Of a stretch of 64,000 bases of DNA, positions 22,684 through 33,472 are shown one piece after another (the first letter of the stretch is position 1; each line of letters starts with the position of its first letter). Position numbers and translations under genes: made by a program. Source of the stretch: Candidatus Marinacidobacterales bacterium (GTDB taxonomy: Bacteria; Acidobacteriota; Vicinamibacteria; Marinacidobacterales; DATDRI01); NCBI GenBank assembly GCA_965219415.1, contig CBDCNP010000001.1, positions 192,001 through 256,000 of the forward strand. The letters are read 5' to 3'. Below the pieces are notes generated by a model. The model had not been told where the DNA came from. It saw nothing but the letters and a program-made list of their open reading frames with translations, and searched no databases.

Positions 22684-23865
22684 ATGGACCGTAGGCAGTT
22701 CCTGAAGGCCGGCGCGCTCGCCGGCGCAGGAGCCGCGTACTTCGGCGGCGCTCATCTCTACCTCTCGGACGAGAGGTGGACCCCCAATCGTTCCTACTGG
22801 GTCGCGCAGGGACGCGCGCCCGTGAACCAAGCTCTTGAAGGTAACCACTCGGTCGATCTCGCGGTGATCGGTGGTGGCGTCACGGGTCTCTCCGCTGCGA
22901 TCCACGCCCGGGAAAAGATGCCGAAGATGCAGGTGGCGCTCCTCGAAGCCGAGTACGTCGGCTACGGAGCGACTGGCCGAAGTGGCGGCGTCTTGTCGGA
23001 CGGGACGGAGATGGGTCTCCGAGAAGGCACCGAGGACAACGCGCGCTTTGCGATCGGCCTCATCGATCGCCTCGGGATCGAATGTGATCTCCACCGAGAC
23101 AACGAGGAGTTGGATCCTTACAAGTACGCCGTGGGGTTGAAGGCGGGGGCGGAACGCGCGGGCGTTCGAGTCTACGAAGGCACGCGGGTCGTCGATCTCG
23201 ATAAGGGGAATCCCGTCAAGCTTGCGGGCAAAGGATTCAGTCTTCAGGCGCCGCGAGTCGTCGTCGCAACCAACGGCTACATGCCGAAACTCGGTGTCGC
23301 AGCCGATCGGATCTTCCCGGTTCACACCGGCGCGGCGGTCACGACTCCGATGCCGGAGGAGGTGCTTTCTGGGTTCCCCGCTAGCCTCCACCTCATGACC
23401 AACCGCGAGATGTACACGTGGGGTCGAAAAGTTCCTGGGAAACGCATGCTCATGGGGTCGGGTGCCGAGTACTACTACGACAACGGCCTTCGTGACACGA
23501 GTGACCGCTATCTCTTCCCGGCGCTTCGGCGATTCATGACGAAGGCGCATCCCGTGCTCGCCGACTATCCGTTCGAATACGCGTGGACCGGCCCGATGGG
23601 AGTGACCGGGGATCAAGAACCGGTGATGGGAACGGAGGGCAAAGACGGCAACATCCTCTACTGTGGGGGGTACACTGGCCTCGGGATCGCGATGGGCACG
23701 CGCGCCGGTCAGTGGTTGGCCAGGATGTTGGAAGGGGCCGCCCCTCCCGACTGGATCCTCCGCGATACGTTCCGCTTTCCCGGTGAGCCCTTGCGCTACA
23801 TCGGCGTCAACGGCACCATCAATCTCATGAACCTCAGCCTGCTGAGCATGAAGAAACATGAGTAG
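22684..23865 (+). CDS. Tat-exported FAD-dependent oxidoreductase (DAO/PuuB-like)
   Basis: MDRRQFLK Tat motif; VIGGGVTG; GATGRSGG; GYTGLG. Confidence 0.85.
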   Translation: MDRRQFLKAGALAGAGAAYFGGAHLYLSDERWTPNRSYWVAQGRAPVNQALEGNHSVDLAVIGGGVTGLSAAIHAREKMPKMQVALLEAEYVGYGATGRSGGVLSDGTEMGLREGTEDNARFAIGLIDRLGIECDLHRDNEELDPYKYAVGLKAGAERAGVRVYEGTRVVDLDKGNPVKLAGKGFSLQAPRVVVATNGYMPKLGVAADRIFPVHTGAAVTTPMPEEVLSGFPASLHLMTNREMYTWGRKVPGKRMLMGSGAEYYYDNGLRDTSDRYLFPALRRFMTKAHPVLADYPFEYAWTGPMGVTGDQEPVMGTEGKDGNILYCGGYTGLGIAMGTRAGQWLARMLEGAAPPDWILRDTFRFPGEPLRYIGVNGTINLMNLSLLSMKKHE

Positions 23866-24115
23866 CGCGGGCGGCCTTCCCGACTGGCAAGTTCCCAGAG
23901 TCGGCCCGGCGTCTCTCGTGGTGCTCGGAGTCAGTTCGGTCTTGCTCTTTTGGGTACCTTTGTTGGCGCCATTGATTCAACTCGCGACGGTCATGCAGTG
24001 TCTTCGAACGGCGCGATGGGGATTGGCGGAGCCCTGGAGCCTGGCGATTGGGATCGGCGGCGCGCTCTTTGGGTTCAGTTTATTTCTGGCGCTCGAGTTT
24101 CTTTGGGTGATCTAG
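23858..24115 (+). CDS. Small membrane protein
   Basis: Hydrophobic 85-aa ORF overlapping the upstream gene end. Confidence 0.55.
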   Translation: MSSAGGLPDWQVPRVGPASLVVLGVSSVLLFWVPLLAPLIQLATVMQCLRTARWGLAEPWSLAIGIGGALFGFSLFLALEFLWVI

Positions 24116-24120
24116 CAGCG

Positions 24121-24252
24121 TAACCCCCTGTTTCACAATAGAATACGGTCCCGTCTTTTCCGATTCAACTAATATTTTTAGTGTAACCGACACATTATAA
24201 AGGACTTGTTTACCAGCGAAACTTGACATCGACCCATACTTATACTTAATAT
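24121..24252 (+). promoter_or_regulatory. Two 25-bp IHF-like boxes plus sigma70-type promoter of HNH copy B
   Basis: Boxes at 24121-24145 and 24184-24208 (second ends TATAAA-GGAC-TTG); TTGACA at 24223, 18-bp spacer, TAATAT. Confidence 0.5.
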
Positions 24253-24409
24253 ACACCCACTAGTGCTGGGCGGAATCCCCGGATTGCCATCCGGCCCGCA
24301 CACGTTTCATCCCGCCCGCGGGCGCGGAGCATAAGCTTAGGAGCCCAGAGTACCAACCCCATTCTCATACTTGCGGAAGAAGTGTCTTCCGCCCCAGGAG
24401 GTGTGCGCT

Positions 24410-25496
24410 ATGTCAGAGAAAGAGATCACCGTTTCCCAGGAGCTTTCGATCGCCGAGCTCGACGAACGACTCGAAAAATCCGTTGAGGAGAACGAACGCT
24501 CGGAGAGACTCATTTGTGAGGACCTGTTCGAGATGCGCAAGCGTCGCGGACACGAGAAGTTCGGCTTCGCCAGCATCTTCGATTACGCCTGCGAACGATT
24601 CGGTTTTTCCGCCCGGAAGACTCGCTATCTGTTAGGCCTCGGCTTGTCTCTCCAGAAACTTCCCGAGCTTCGTGCGGCGCTGGCCGAAGGGCGGCTCGGT
24701 TGGAGCAAGGCGACCAAGATCGCTCAAGTCGCCACGCCGCAGGACGAGGTGCGGTGGCTCGACTCCGCACTATCCATGTCGGTCCGGGACTTGGAACAGA
24801 AAATTCGTGAGGACATGGGACGTGACGGAGCCAGGATTCACATCTGGCTTTCCGAGGATCAGAATACGGTCGTGGAAAACGCTTTCGAAGTGTGCCGGCG
24901 GTTGAGTGGTGCGCAGTTGGAACCGGGCCAGTGTCTCGATCTTATTTGTGGAGAATTTCTGGGCACCTACGCTTACTTGGCCCATCAAAAGGAAGTAAGA
25001 GCCGGTGAGGAGCCGGAGGAGGACAAAGCGGCTGAGGTCGAGGATGATGCCGCGGTAGAGCGGACCGAAATGCTCATTTGCCCGGAAAACGACGACCCTC
25101 CGTCGCTCGGCGTTGCCAGCTACGGCAAGACCTGGCGCGGGGTGCTGGAGCGGGACCGCTACCACTGTCAGTACCCGGGTTGTGCGGCCCGCGCACAGCT
25201 TACATGTGCACCACATCGAGTTCAGGAGCCGTAGCGGCAAGAAGAGTCGGGCGAAGAGCAACTCCCCTGAAAATCTATGCTGTCTCTGCGTCTTTCACCA
25301 CCGGGGTGTGCACGCGGGAACGATTGGCCTAAAAGGCCGAGCGCCCTTCGACCTCGAATGGCGTCGCCCGGAGTTGATGCAGAAAGTATTCGAGCGTCAA
25401 GCCGAGAGACCCAGCGCAGCCGAACGGGTGACCGTCGAGGCGAACGAGGCCGTCGACGGGCTCTGCGATCTGGTCGCGGCGCCGGCTGCCGTTTAG
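24410..25496 (+). CDS. DUF222-like plus HNH endonuclease (copy B; frameshift ~25203)
   Basis: RBS aggagg. VLERDRYHCQYPGC...LHVHHIEFRS...NSPENLCCLCVFHH is an HNH/Zn motif once one base is removed. Confidence 0.82.
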
Positions 25497-25765
25497 TCGG
25501 AGTTTATCTAGCATGAGCGGTTGTTCTTGGGATTCGTATGTTGGGGGCACGGGGCGATGAGGAAACCAGTCATCAGACGGGCCGGATCGAGAGCCGGCCG
25601 AGGCTCCGGAACACAAGAAGCTCGGGGTCTTGGAGGAGGTCGTCAGTTCATGTTTCCTTTCTACCCAGATTCGCGGGTGGCAAACGTTTGCCGGTTGCTT
25701 GTCGCAACCGACCGGCCGCTGGCGTAAGATAGCGCCCAGAAAAAACCTCAGATAGGAGGGTAGCC

Positions 25766-26695
25766 ATGCCGGTCCATGACCCGAGCGAAGCCGACACCGC
25801 CGAGCACCGGCCCATCGCCGACGATGACGAGGTCGCTGTCGAGCATCCTCCCCTCTCTTCACTAGTCAGCATCGACTTCGGGGCCGTTTCCGACCGAGGC
25901 AAGAAGCGGTCCAACAACGAAGACAGCTACCTGGTGGCGCGCGGCGGCCGGGCCCTGGAATCCCTACTAACCAATCTCCCCGAAGAAGAAATGCCGACAG
26001 AATTCCGTGAGACCGGCTACGGGATGATCGTGGCCGATGGCATGGGTGGCGCGGCGGCCGGAGAAGTCGCGAGCCGTATGGCCATCAGCACCCTCGTGAA
26101 ACTGGTCACGGAGATCCCCGATTGGATCCTCCAGTTCAGAGACGAGGAGCGGGAAAAGGAAGCGATGAAGCGCGCCGACCGGCACTTGCGGCGCGTCCAC
26201 GAGGCGCTGACCAAGCGCGCCGAATCGGATCCCAAGCTGGCCGGCATGGGGACCACGATGACTCTCGCCACTATCTTGGGCGCTGACGGGATCGTCGCCC
26301 ACGTGGGAGATTCACGGGCCTACCTCTTGCGCGACGGCAAGCTTCACCAGCTGACCAAAGATCAAACCCAGGCTCAGCTACTCCTGGACGCCGGCGTTAC
26401 TAATGAGGACGAATTCTCCAAGCACCGGTACCGCCACGTGCTACTCCAAGCGATCGGCGGAAGGGGCGGATTGGTGGACGTCGAGATACAGCGGATGCGC
26501 TTCCGCAACGACGACCGACTCCTGCTTTGTACGGACGGGCTGACCGACATGGTCGACGACACCAAGATCGCCGACGTACTGAGTCGCGGAGCCTCGTCCC
26601 AGGAGGGATGTCAGGCGCTTGTCGATCTAGCCTTGGAGGCCGGCGGGAAAGACAACGTCACCGTCGTCCTGGCTCATTTGAGCATTCCCGATTAG
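25766..26695 (+). CDS. PP2C-family Ser/Thr protein phosphatase (PrpC/Stp1-like)
   Basis: NNEDS, VADGMGG, MGTT, HVGDSRAY, LCTDGL and GGKDNVT motifs. Confidence 0.93.
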   Translation: MPVHDPSEADTAEHRPIADDDEVAVEHPPLSSLVSIDFGAVSDRGKKRSNNEDSYLVARGGRALESLLTNLPEEEMPTEFRETGYGMIVADGMGGAAAGEVASRMAISTLVKLVTEIPDWILQFRDEEREKEAMKRADRHLRRVHEALTKRAESDPKLAGMGTTMTLATILGADGIVAHVGDSRAYLLRDGKLHQLTKDQTQAQLLLDAGVTNEDEFSKHRYRHVLLQAIGGRGGLVDVEIQRMRFRNDDRLLLCTDGLTDMVDDTKIADVLSRGASSQEGCQALVDLALEAGGKDNVTVVLAHLSIPD

Positions 26696-26958
26696 CTAGC
26701 CGCCCGATTCGCGGCCTCCCCACTCGAGTCCAAGGGCCCGTCCAGGGCACTATCACACCTTCCAACCCGTCCAATCCTCAGCACTAACCACTCTGCACCA
26801 AAGAGTTACGCCAGATAAGGCGCGCTTAAGGTAGCGATAAGCCCCCGTCCATGGAGTGTTTTCGCCCCTGCCCCACATTCGCCTCAGTGACACGGTAGTA
26901 TCGGAAGCAACCTCTCGGCGTTCTGTGCTAATTTGAGCCCGTTCTGGAGGTGTGAGCC

Positions 26959-27873
26959 ATGAAGTCTTCTCTCTACATTTTCTCGCTACTGTTTTTTCTG
27001 CTGCCGAACGCGAGCAGCGCGCAGGATAAGTCCACCTACTACACCGTGATGCATGCCGATGAGTTCACGATCGATTGGGCGGGTTGGTACCAGAAAGGGG
27101 ATGAGCTGACCGCGGAGCTGCGTGCGGAGTTCCCCCATCATTTGGATCTAGCCTACGGCGAAGACGCCAAACAGAAACTGGATCTTTATCTCCCCAAGGG
27201 CGACCTCAAGGATGCCCCGGTGTTCCTCTTTCTTCATGGGGGCGGCATGCGAGAGGGAGATCGGGCTCACTACGGCTACATTGGTCGTCCCTTCGTTGAA
27301 AACGGAATCATCGCGGCGATCGCCAGCTATCGACTTACACCCAAGAACATCTACCCCGATCAGCCGAACGACGCCCGAGACGCGGTCGCTTGGCTCTACA
27401 AGAACGTCGCTTCTTACGGAGGCAATCCTCAAGACCTCTACGCGGGTGGCCACTCGGCCGGCGGACACCTTTCGGGCTTCATCTGCGCCAATACCGACTG
27501 GCTCCCCAAGCGATCCGTTCCGAGCGACGCGCTCCAGGGCTGCGTCCCGATGAGCTCAGACCACGGTTTCGAGGCCATCCAGAAGCGCACGACGTACCTT
27601 CCGGACGCCTCGGATCACAAAGACGCCACCCCCATTCTCAACATCAAAAATCCACCCCCCTACTTCGTCGTGACCGCGGGTGGTGACGAAGAGCGCCTAA
27701 TCGAGCCGACCAAGGAGTTCGCCGCGAAACTCCGTGAGGCGGGAAGCACCGCGGTGGTTGTGTTCGGAGAGGACATGGACCATGCCGAAATCGTCTTCTC
27801 CCTAGGAGACCGCGACAGCAAGCTCTTCAAAGCTGTCCTCGAGATGATCCGGTCGGCTCAGCCGGGGACCTAG
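26959..27873 (+). CDS. Exported alpha/beta hydrolase (HSL/arylformamidase-like)
   Basis: HGGG and GHSAGG motifs, C-terminal His (MDH), signal peptide. Confidence 0.87.
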   Translation: MKSSLYIFSLLFFLLPNASSAQDKSTYYTVMHADEFTIDWAGWYQKGDELTAELRAEFPHHLDLAYGEDAKQKLDLYLPKGDLKDAPVFLFLHGGGMREGDRAHYGYIGRPFVENGIIAAIASYRLTPKNIYPDQPNDARDAVAWLYKNVASYGGNPQDLYAGGHSAGGHLSGFICANTDWLPKRSVPSDALQGCVPMSSDHGFEAIQKRTTYLPDASDHKDATPILNIKNPPPYFVVTAGGDEERLIEPTKEFAAKLREAGSTAVVVFGEDMDHAEIVFSLGDRDSKLFKAVLEMIRSAQPGT

Positions 27874-27886
27874 TTCGAACGCCGGC

Positions 27887-28534
27887 TCAACTTGCGAGTT
27901 CGAAAAGCCGCGTGAATTTCTTCAGGGCGGCCGCCGTGCCGGTAAGCGCCCACTTCCCGGTTTTCTCGAGATCGGCTGGGTCGTCGCCCGACTCGAAGCG
28001 GCGAAAGACTTCGGGTGTGGTCGTGACCACGACGTCGGGATCGAGTGCCGATCCTGCGCCGCTGCGTAACTCTCCATCGCGGACGACGGCGTTCAGTACC
28101 TCGTCCCCAACCCGAAATTCACACGAAAGCCTCACTCCCCGGGCGCGCTCGGGTCGAAAGAAGGCTCTCATCGCGACAGCCGTCCACGTAGCGCGGTAGG
28201 TCGCGCTTTTTCTCGCCTTCCGCTGATAACGCTTTCCCCAGCGAACCAGCTCGAGAAGCACCGGTTCCAGGCGTTTGCCCGCCTCGGTGAGCTCGTAGAC
28301 GGAAGCCGCGGCCGGGGGGGGAAGCTTGCTTTGGGTGATAAGCCCATCGTTGGTGAGGCTCTTCAGGCGGTCGGCGAGCAGATTGGTACCGATTCCCGGC
28401 AGGGCATCGAGAAGATCGTTGTATCGCTTCGGCCCGGTCAAGAGCTCACGTACGAGGAGCAGGGTCCAACGCTCCCCGAGGACGTCGAGCGCACCGGCCA
28501 CCGAGCACGTTTGGTTGTAAGTGCGCTTCCTCAT
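27887..28534 (-). CDS. HxlR-family winged-helix regulator with SCP2-like C-terminal domain
   Basis: YNQTCSVAGALDVLGERWTLLLVRELL...YELTEAG. Confidence 0.88.
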   Translation of the reverse strand: MRKRTYNQTCSVAGALDVLGERWTLLLVRELLTGPKRYNDLLDALPGIGTNLLADRLKSLTNDGLITQSKLPPPAAASVYELTEAGKRLEPVLLELVRWGKRYQRKARKSATYRATWTAVAMRAFFRPERARGVRLSCEFRVGDEVLNAVVRDGELRSGAGSALDPDVVVTTTPEVFRRFESGDDPADLEKTGKWALTGTAAALKKFTRLFELAS

Positions 28535-28554
28535 GACGCTCCAATCATACCACA

Positions 28555-28602
28555 GTTTTTTAAAGTTATTACTTGAAAAAAATATAGTATTCGATCTATA
28601 TT
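28555..28602. promoter_or_regulatory. Divergent promoter/operator between the HxlR regulator and the membrane protein gene
   Basis: AT-rich; TTGAAA(28573)-18-TATATT(28597); inverted repeat AATATAG-N8-CTATATT. Confidence 0.5.
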
Positions 28603-28619
28603 GGCCTTGGAGGTGAAAC

Positions 28620-28973
28620 ATGACTTGGCAGAAGGCGGTTCTCGGTTTGGTTCTCATTCTCTTCCTGGCGATGACGGGTGAAGTGCTCTACGAGCACGGC
28701 TACTTGGGCTTCTTCGCCATCGCCGTCTCCAACTCCGCCACCCAGCTAATGATGTTCGACCTGGTGATCGCCTTGACGCTCGTCACCCTCTGGATGGTTG
28801 AGGACGCCAATGCGAAGGGAAAGTCCGTCGTCCCCTTCGTCCTCATCACCCTATTCTTCGGAGCAGCCGGCCCGCTGCTCTACCTCATCACTCGCAGCGA
28901 AGGGAAGGTTTTTCAGCGTATCGCGGACAGTGCGGTACTGGCGCTTCTGATGGTCGCAGGGGTGGCGTTATGA
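28620..28973 (+). CDS. DUF2834-like membrane protein
   Basis: FDLVIALTLVTLWMVEDA...GAAGPLLYL; RBS ggagg. Confidence 0.7.
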   Translation: MTWQKAVLGLVLILFLAMTGEVLYEHGYLGFFAIAVSNSATQLMMFDLVIALTLVTLWMVEDANAKGKSVVPFVLITLFFGAAGPLLYLITRSEGKVFQRIADSAVLALLMVAGVAL

Positions 28974-29002
28974 GCTGACGTCCAAGGGAGGTAGCGCCTG
29001 CT

Positions 29003-29371
29003 CGAGCCGTCCGTAAGCCGAGTTCTGTTCCCCCCCTTGGTTGCCCGCAGGAGGGCGACGATCATTTATCTAGCCGCGACGATTGCTCGCCGCAGTCGAG
29101 CGACCTACCCGGAAGCTTCGGACGGGCCGCCCTCGAACGCTTCCCTATTTGGTCTTGCTCCGTGCGGGGTTTGCCGTGCCTCGGATGTCACCACCCGAGC
29201 GGTGCGCTCTTACCGCACCATTTCACCCTTACCTTCCCCCGAAGGAAGAGGCGGTATATTTTCTGTGGCACTTTCCTTCCCGTCACCGGGACTGGGGGTT
29301 GCCCAGCGCACTGCCCTGGGGAGTTCGGACTTTCCTCCGGCCCGAAGGCCGGCGATCATCTGGTCGACTCG
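29003..29371 (-). ncRNA. rnpB: RNase P RNA, class A
   Basis: Minus strand has GAGGAAAGUCC, AGUGCCACAGAAA and ACAGAACUCGGCUUA; terminal P1 pairing; TATAAT at 29385-29390. Confidence 0.95.
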
Positions 29372-29425
29372 AACAGGCGAGACCATTATACGGCACGCGG
29401 CAAACTGGACACGGTCCGCCGGTGC

Positions 29426-31982
29426 TTACTGAATGTAGCCGAGCGAGCGTAACTGCTGCAGCTGATCGGGAGAGAGCGCCACGTCTTCCGCGGCTTGGAA
29501 CTGGGTGGCGAGCGCCTGATGCGCCTCCCACTGAACTTGGAGTCGCTTGCGGTAAGCCTCGACGAGCTCGGGGTAGCGTTCGTTGACGTTGTGGAGAGCA
29601 TAGGGGTCGGAGAACAAATCGTACAGCAGCAGGCGCGGGGCCTCGGCAAAGTACGGATGCGTGGCACCCCAGCGACCCCCCGACGGGATCGCATGACGGC
29701 CGAGGTTGGGATCGGCGCCTTCCTTCACCGGGCTTACCTCTAGAGACGCCCCCCAGCGGCCATCGATCATTTCGATGTTCCCGTACCATTCTCCAGTCTC
29801 GGCATCGACCCGGAACTCGTCGAAGACGACGGGACGTTGCTCCCACCCGTCTTCCCCGGCAGGTCCGGCAGACCCGCGCAATAGGGGCGCTAGCGATTGC
29901 CCTTGCAAGACGTCCGGCTGCGGCAAGCCCACCAGGTCGAGCACGGTGGGCAACACGTCGATCATGGATACCGGCTCCGCAAAGCGTTGACCGCCCGCGT
30001 GGCGTCCGGGCCAAACGAAGATGAGCGGGATGCGACTATTGAAAGCTCCGAGGAGCGCCCCTTCCCAATCGGGAGGCTCTTCCTCGAGCATTCCTCTTCC
30101 GAAACGCGAGTAGCTGCCGGCGGGATGGCCATGGTCAGCGGCGATGATCAGAAGCGTCCGCTCCCATTCGTCACTTGCCTTCAGCCGGTCGACCAGACGC
30201 CCGAGCTGATAGTCCTGGTGCGCCATGGTCTCATCGTAGAGACCGCGGTGGCGCTCGTAGAATGTTTGGCGAGGAATGCTCTCTCGTTCCAGAGCGTGGC
30301 GATACGCGGCGAAGATGCTCGTAAGCTCCAATTACTTGCTGAACATCTTCCCCTCCCACCTGGGAGAGCTCGGCGCTTTGCTCCGGCGAGACGTACAGGC
30401 CGGCGAAGGGAGGCACCGGTCGATAGGGCCAGTGGACGTCGGTCGTTTGGAAGTGCGCCAGATACGGCTCGGCACCGTACCGTTCGCGAATCCGCCAGAA
30501 ATCTTCCTGAAGATCCTTGGAGGATTCTGAATGATGACCGCCTAGGTGCTCGACAAGAACGTCCATCCCGCGTTCCATGCCGATCAGCCGGCCGGCGTTA
30601 GGGTTGGTGGTAAAAGAAGACGTCAAGTATCCGGCGTCGTGCAAATGCTCCGCCATGGTCGTAGCACTCGGCGGCAACGGGGAAGAGTAGACGCCTCGGC
30701 TCAGCCCGCCCAGGACGCTGTGCTGGAGCGAGGTCATGAACGATGCGGTCGACGGCTGAGTCCAAGTCGAGTTGCTGAAGGCGCGTTCGAAGACCGCCCC
30801 TTCCGCAGACAGGCGTTCTATGTTGGGCGTGGTGCGGCGGTTGTATCCATAAACGCTCATGAAGTCCGCCCCCGCACCGTCGATCACATAGAAGATGACG
30901 TTCGGATGGTCGGATCCGTGATCGCCGCCCAGTGTCGGGGCACCCCAAAGAGCCACCGTCCCTTCGCGGGCCGCGTCGGCTTCGAGGAAGAGCGTTACCG
31001 GGCTTCCTTGGTGGGCCTCATAGCTCGAGAGATCCACACTGATGGGTTTCCAACTAGCGGGGTCGGCGTAGGAGTCTTCGAAAACGACCCCGGCCTCTTC
31101 TCCATCGGCCTGTACAGTGATCTTGAAATCGACCGGAATGTCGGAGCGCACGACTCCCAGTTCGAGATCCAATCGACCCCCTGGCGGCACGTTCACGCGA
31201 TAGCTCAGGCTCGCCGGTGTGTGTGCAAAGAGAGTCCGGCGCACCGAGTTCGCCCGCGCCACGCTCTTGACCCCGTAGGGGTCTCGGAAGGTGCCGCCCG
31301 ACGGGACGGCGCTTATCGAAACGATTTCGAAGCTCGCTTCTTCGAGCGCGCCAACCGCAATGCCCAGATGCTTTCAGGGCTTGTCTTCGCTCACGGATTC
31401 GGGGCCCACGGATTCGGGGCCCATCGATCCGGGACGGGTCACCGGGAAGACGTAAGTCTGCAGCTCACCGTCGCTGAATACCGGCGTCGCCTCGACCATG
31501 CCTGCCAAGTGGCCAAGCATGTCGGAGGGCATGACGCCACCTTCGAACTCGAAACCGATCAGCATGCCCCAAACCGGATCCGACGTGCGGGCGCGCAGCA
31601 CGATCGCTTCCCAATCATCGAAATCCCAATCGTCGAGCTCGGTGTAGAGTCCCCCGATGACCAGCATGCCGGCTCGACCCACCTCGAGGAGGGATAGGCG
31701 CAAGGCGCCGTCTATACTCGCGAGCTCCGTGGAGTGGCGGTTTCCCGATCGGCCCGGAATCGCCAAGGGCTTCCATTCCGGTCGCGGCTCGTCGAACTTC
31801 CACTCGATTTCTCGAAGAGCCTCGGTGGAAGGCCCGGCACTCTCGATCTCCGCCGACTCGAGATGCTGCTCGAGGTGGAGTGCAGTATCCGAATCGAGAG
31901 GGCCAGGCGAGCTTCCGCATCCCCCGCCGAAGACTGGCAATACGAACGCGGCAACGTAGGGAAGGTAGCGCTTCGGCTTCAT
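29426..31982 (-). CDS. Sulfatase-like lipoprotein (internal TGA at 31374-31376; frameshift ~30350)
   Basis: PNVIFYVID, STWTQPSTAS, ADHG and LRSLGY motifs. ORFs 31374-31982 and 30231-31262 are in frame across a TGA. Confidence 0.75.
31392..31421. repeat. 15-bp tandem duplication (GPESV x2)
   Basis: cacggattcggggcc occurs twice in tandem. Confidence 0.85.
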
Positions 31983-31994
31983 CAGCGGCGGGAA

Positions 31995-33359
31995 CTAACC
32001 GTCGGTCTCTTGTGCGATCTTGTACTGTTCGAGCTTCTTATAGAGATTGCTGCGAGGGGTTCCGATGATTTGGGCGGTTTGGGAGATGTTCCAGTCGTTT
32101 TCCCTGAGCTTCGCAACGAGAAACGCCCTCTCGCTCACCTCCTTGAACTCCTTCAGGGTTCCAACGCCGAGGTGGTCAGCCTGAACGAGCTCGCCGGGGT
32201 AGCGGATGCTCTCGGGAAGATCCTCGACCCCGATCACATCGCTGTTGGACATGATGAGTAGATGCTCCACGGTGTTACGCAGCTCGCGGATGTTTCCTCT
32301 AAAAGAATACTTTTGGAGTCTCTCCAACGCCTCGGGGGAGAATTTCTTCTTCCGCAAGTGATCTTCGGTCGAGAACGCCTCCATGAAATGCGCTACCAGG
32401 GCAGGAATGTCCTCGTTGCGGTCTCGCAGAGGAGTCATCTCGATGGGAATGACCGAAAGGCGGAAATAGAGATCCTCGCGGAAGTTTCCGGCGGCGATCT
32501 CATCATCCAGCTTCTTGTTGGTGGCGGCGATCACTCGCACATCGACCTTGTTCGTCGCCGCCGAGCCCACCCGCTCGACTTCGCCTTCCTGCAACACTCG
32601 AAGCACTTTGGCCTGCGTGCGTGCACTCATGTCCCCGATTTCGTCGAGAAAGATGGTGCCGCGATGGGCTTGCTCGAACTTCCCAACTTGCTTATTGGTG
32701 GCTCCGGTGAAGGATCCCTTCTCGTGTCCAAAGAGCTCGCTTTCGATGAGGTCCTCGGGAATAGCGGCGCAATTGACTTGGACGAAGGGAGCGCGGGCTC
32801 GATTGCTGTTGCCATGGATGGCGCGTGCCACCAACTCTTTTCCGGTTCCCGACTCCCCGGTGATGAGAACGGTCGCGTTGGTGGGTGCGGAGCGGCGAAT
32901 GGCTTCACCGACTTTGTCCATGGCCTTGCTGGAACCGACCATCCGATACTGGCGCTCAAAACGAAGCCGCAGCCGGCCGACTTCTTCCTCCAACTCCTTC
33001 CGCTCGGCGGCATTCCGGACCGCGAGCAAGACCCGCTCGGTCTCCAAGGGCTTTTCGATGAAATCGAACGCCCCGAGTCGGGTGGCCTGGACTGCGGTCT
33101 CGACGGTTCCGTGCCCACTGATGATGATCACCTGGGTGGAAGGTGATTTCTCTTTCAGCTGCTCCAGGACTTCCAGACCGTCGATGCCAGGCATCTTGAT
33201 ATCGAGGAAGATCAGATCGGGAGGATCTTGCGCGACGGCCTTGATCGCCTCGACCCCGGACGGAGCCTCGGTGACTTCGAAGCCCTCGTACTCGAGGGTC
33301 ATGCGCATCGTTTTTCGGATGGACTCCTCGTCGTCTACAACGAGTATTCGGGGTCTCAC
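31995..33359 (-). CDS. ntrX: Sigma-54-dependent response regulator, NtrX/NtrC-like
   Basis: REC domain (LDIKMP), GESGTGKE, GSFTGA and a C-terminal Fis-type HTH. Confidence 0.8.
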   Translation of the reverse strand: MRPRILVVDDEESIRKTMRMTLEYEGFEVTEAPSGVEAIKAVAQDPPDLIFLDIKMPGIDGLEVLEQLKEKSPSTQVIIISGHGTVETAVQATRLGAFDFIEKPLETERVLLAVRNAAERKELEEEVGRLRLRFERQYRMVGSSKAMDKVGEAIRRSAPTNATVLITGESGTGKELVARAIHGNSNRARAPFVQVNCAAIPEDLIESELFGHEKGSFTGATNKQVGKFEQAHRGTIFLDEIGDMSARTQAKVLRVLQEGEVERVGSAATNKVDVRVIAATNKKLDDEIAAGNFREDLYFRLSVIPIEMTPLRDRNEDIPALVAHFMEAFSTEDHLRKKKFSPEALERLQKYSFRGNIRELRNTVEHLLIMSNSDVIGVEDLPESIRYPGELVQADHLGVGTLKEFKEVSERAFLVAKLRENDWNISQTAQIIGTPRSNLYKKLEQYKIAQETDG

Positions 33360-33392
33360 AACTTTTCGCCTCGATGCGCGCCCTGCCCTGTA

Positions 33393-33432
33393 GGGGATGC
33401 CGGGATGACGGGACGTCGGGACGTCGGGACAC
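33393..33432. repeat. Five-copy degenerate 8-bp intergenic tandem repeat
   Basis: ggggatgc cgggatga cgggacgt cgggacgt cgggacac. Confidence 0.75.
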
Positions 33433-33472
33433 CTGGCGCGGGCTCAAACGGGGCCCACTTCTCTCCAAACTT

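Noticed and set aside
29037-29586. ORFs overlapping 29003-29371
   Set aside because: The region is the RNase P RNA gene.
31374-31376. In-frame TGA in the sulfatase-like gene (EDKP-tga-KHLGIAV) as a third Sec site
   Set aside because: No redox context, and the nearest clear hairpin has an A-first loop. A TGG-to-TGA change (Trp) by error or mutation is simpler. Homolog alignment would settle it.
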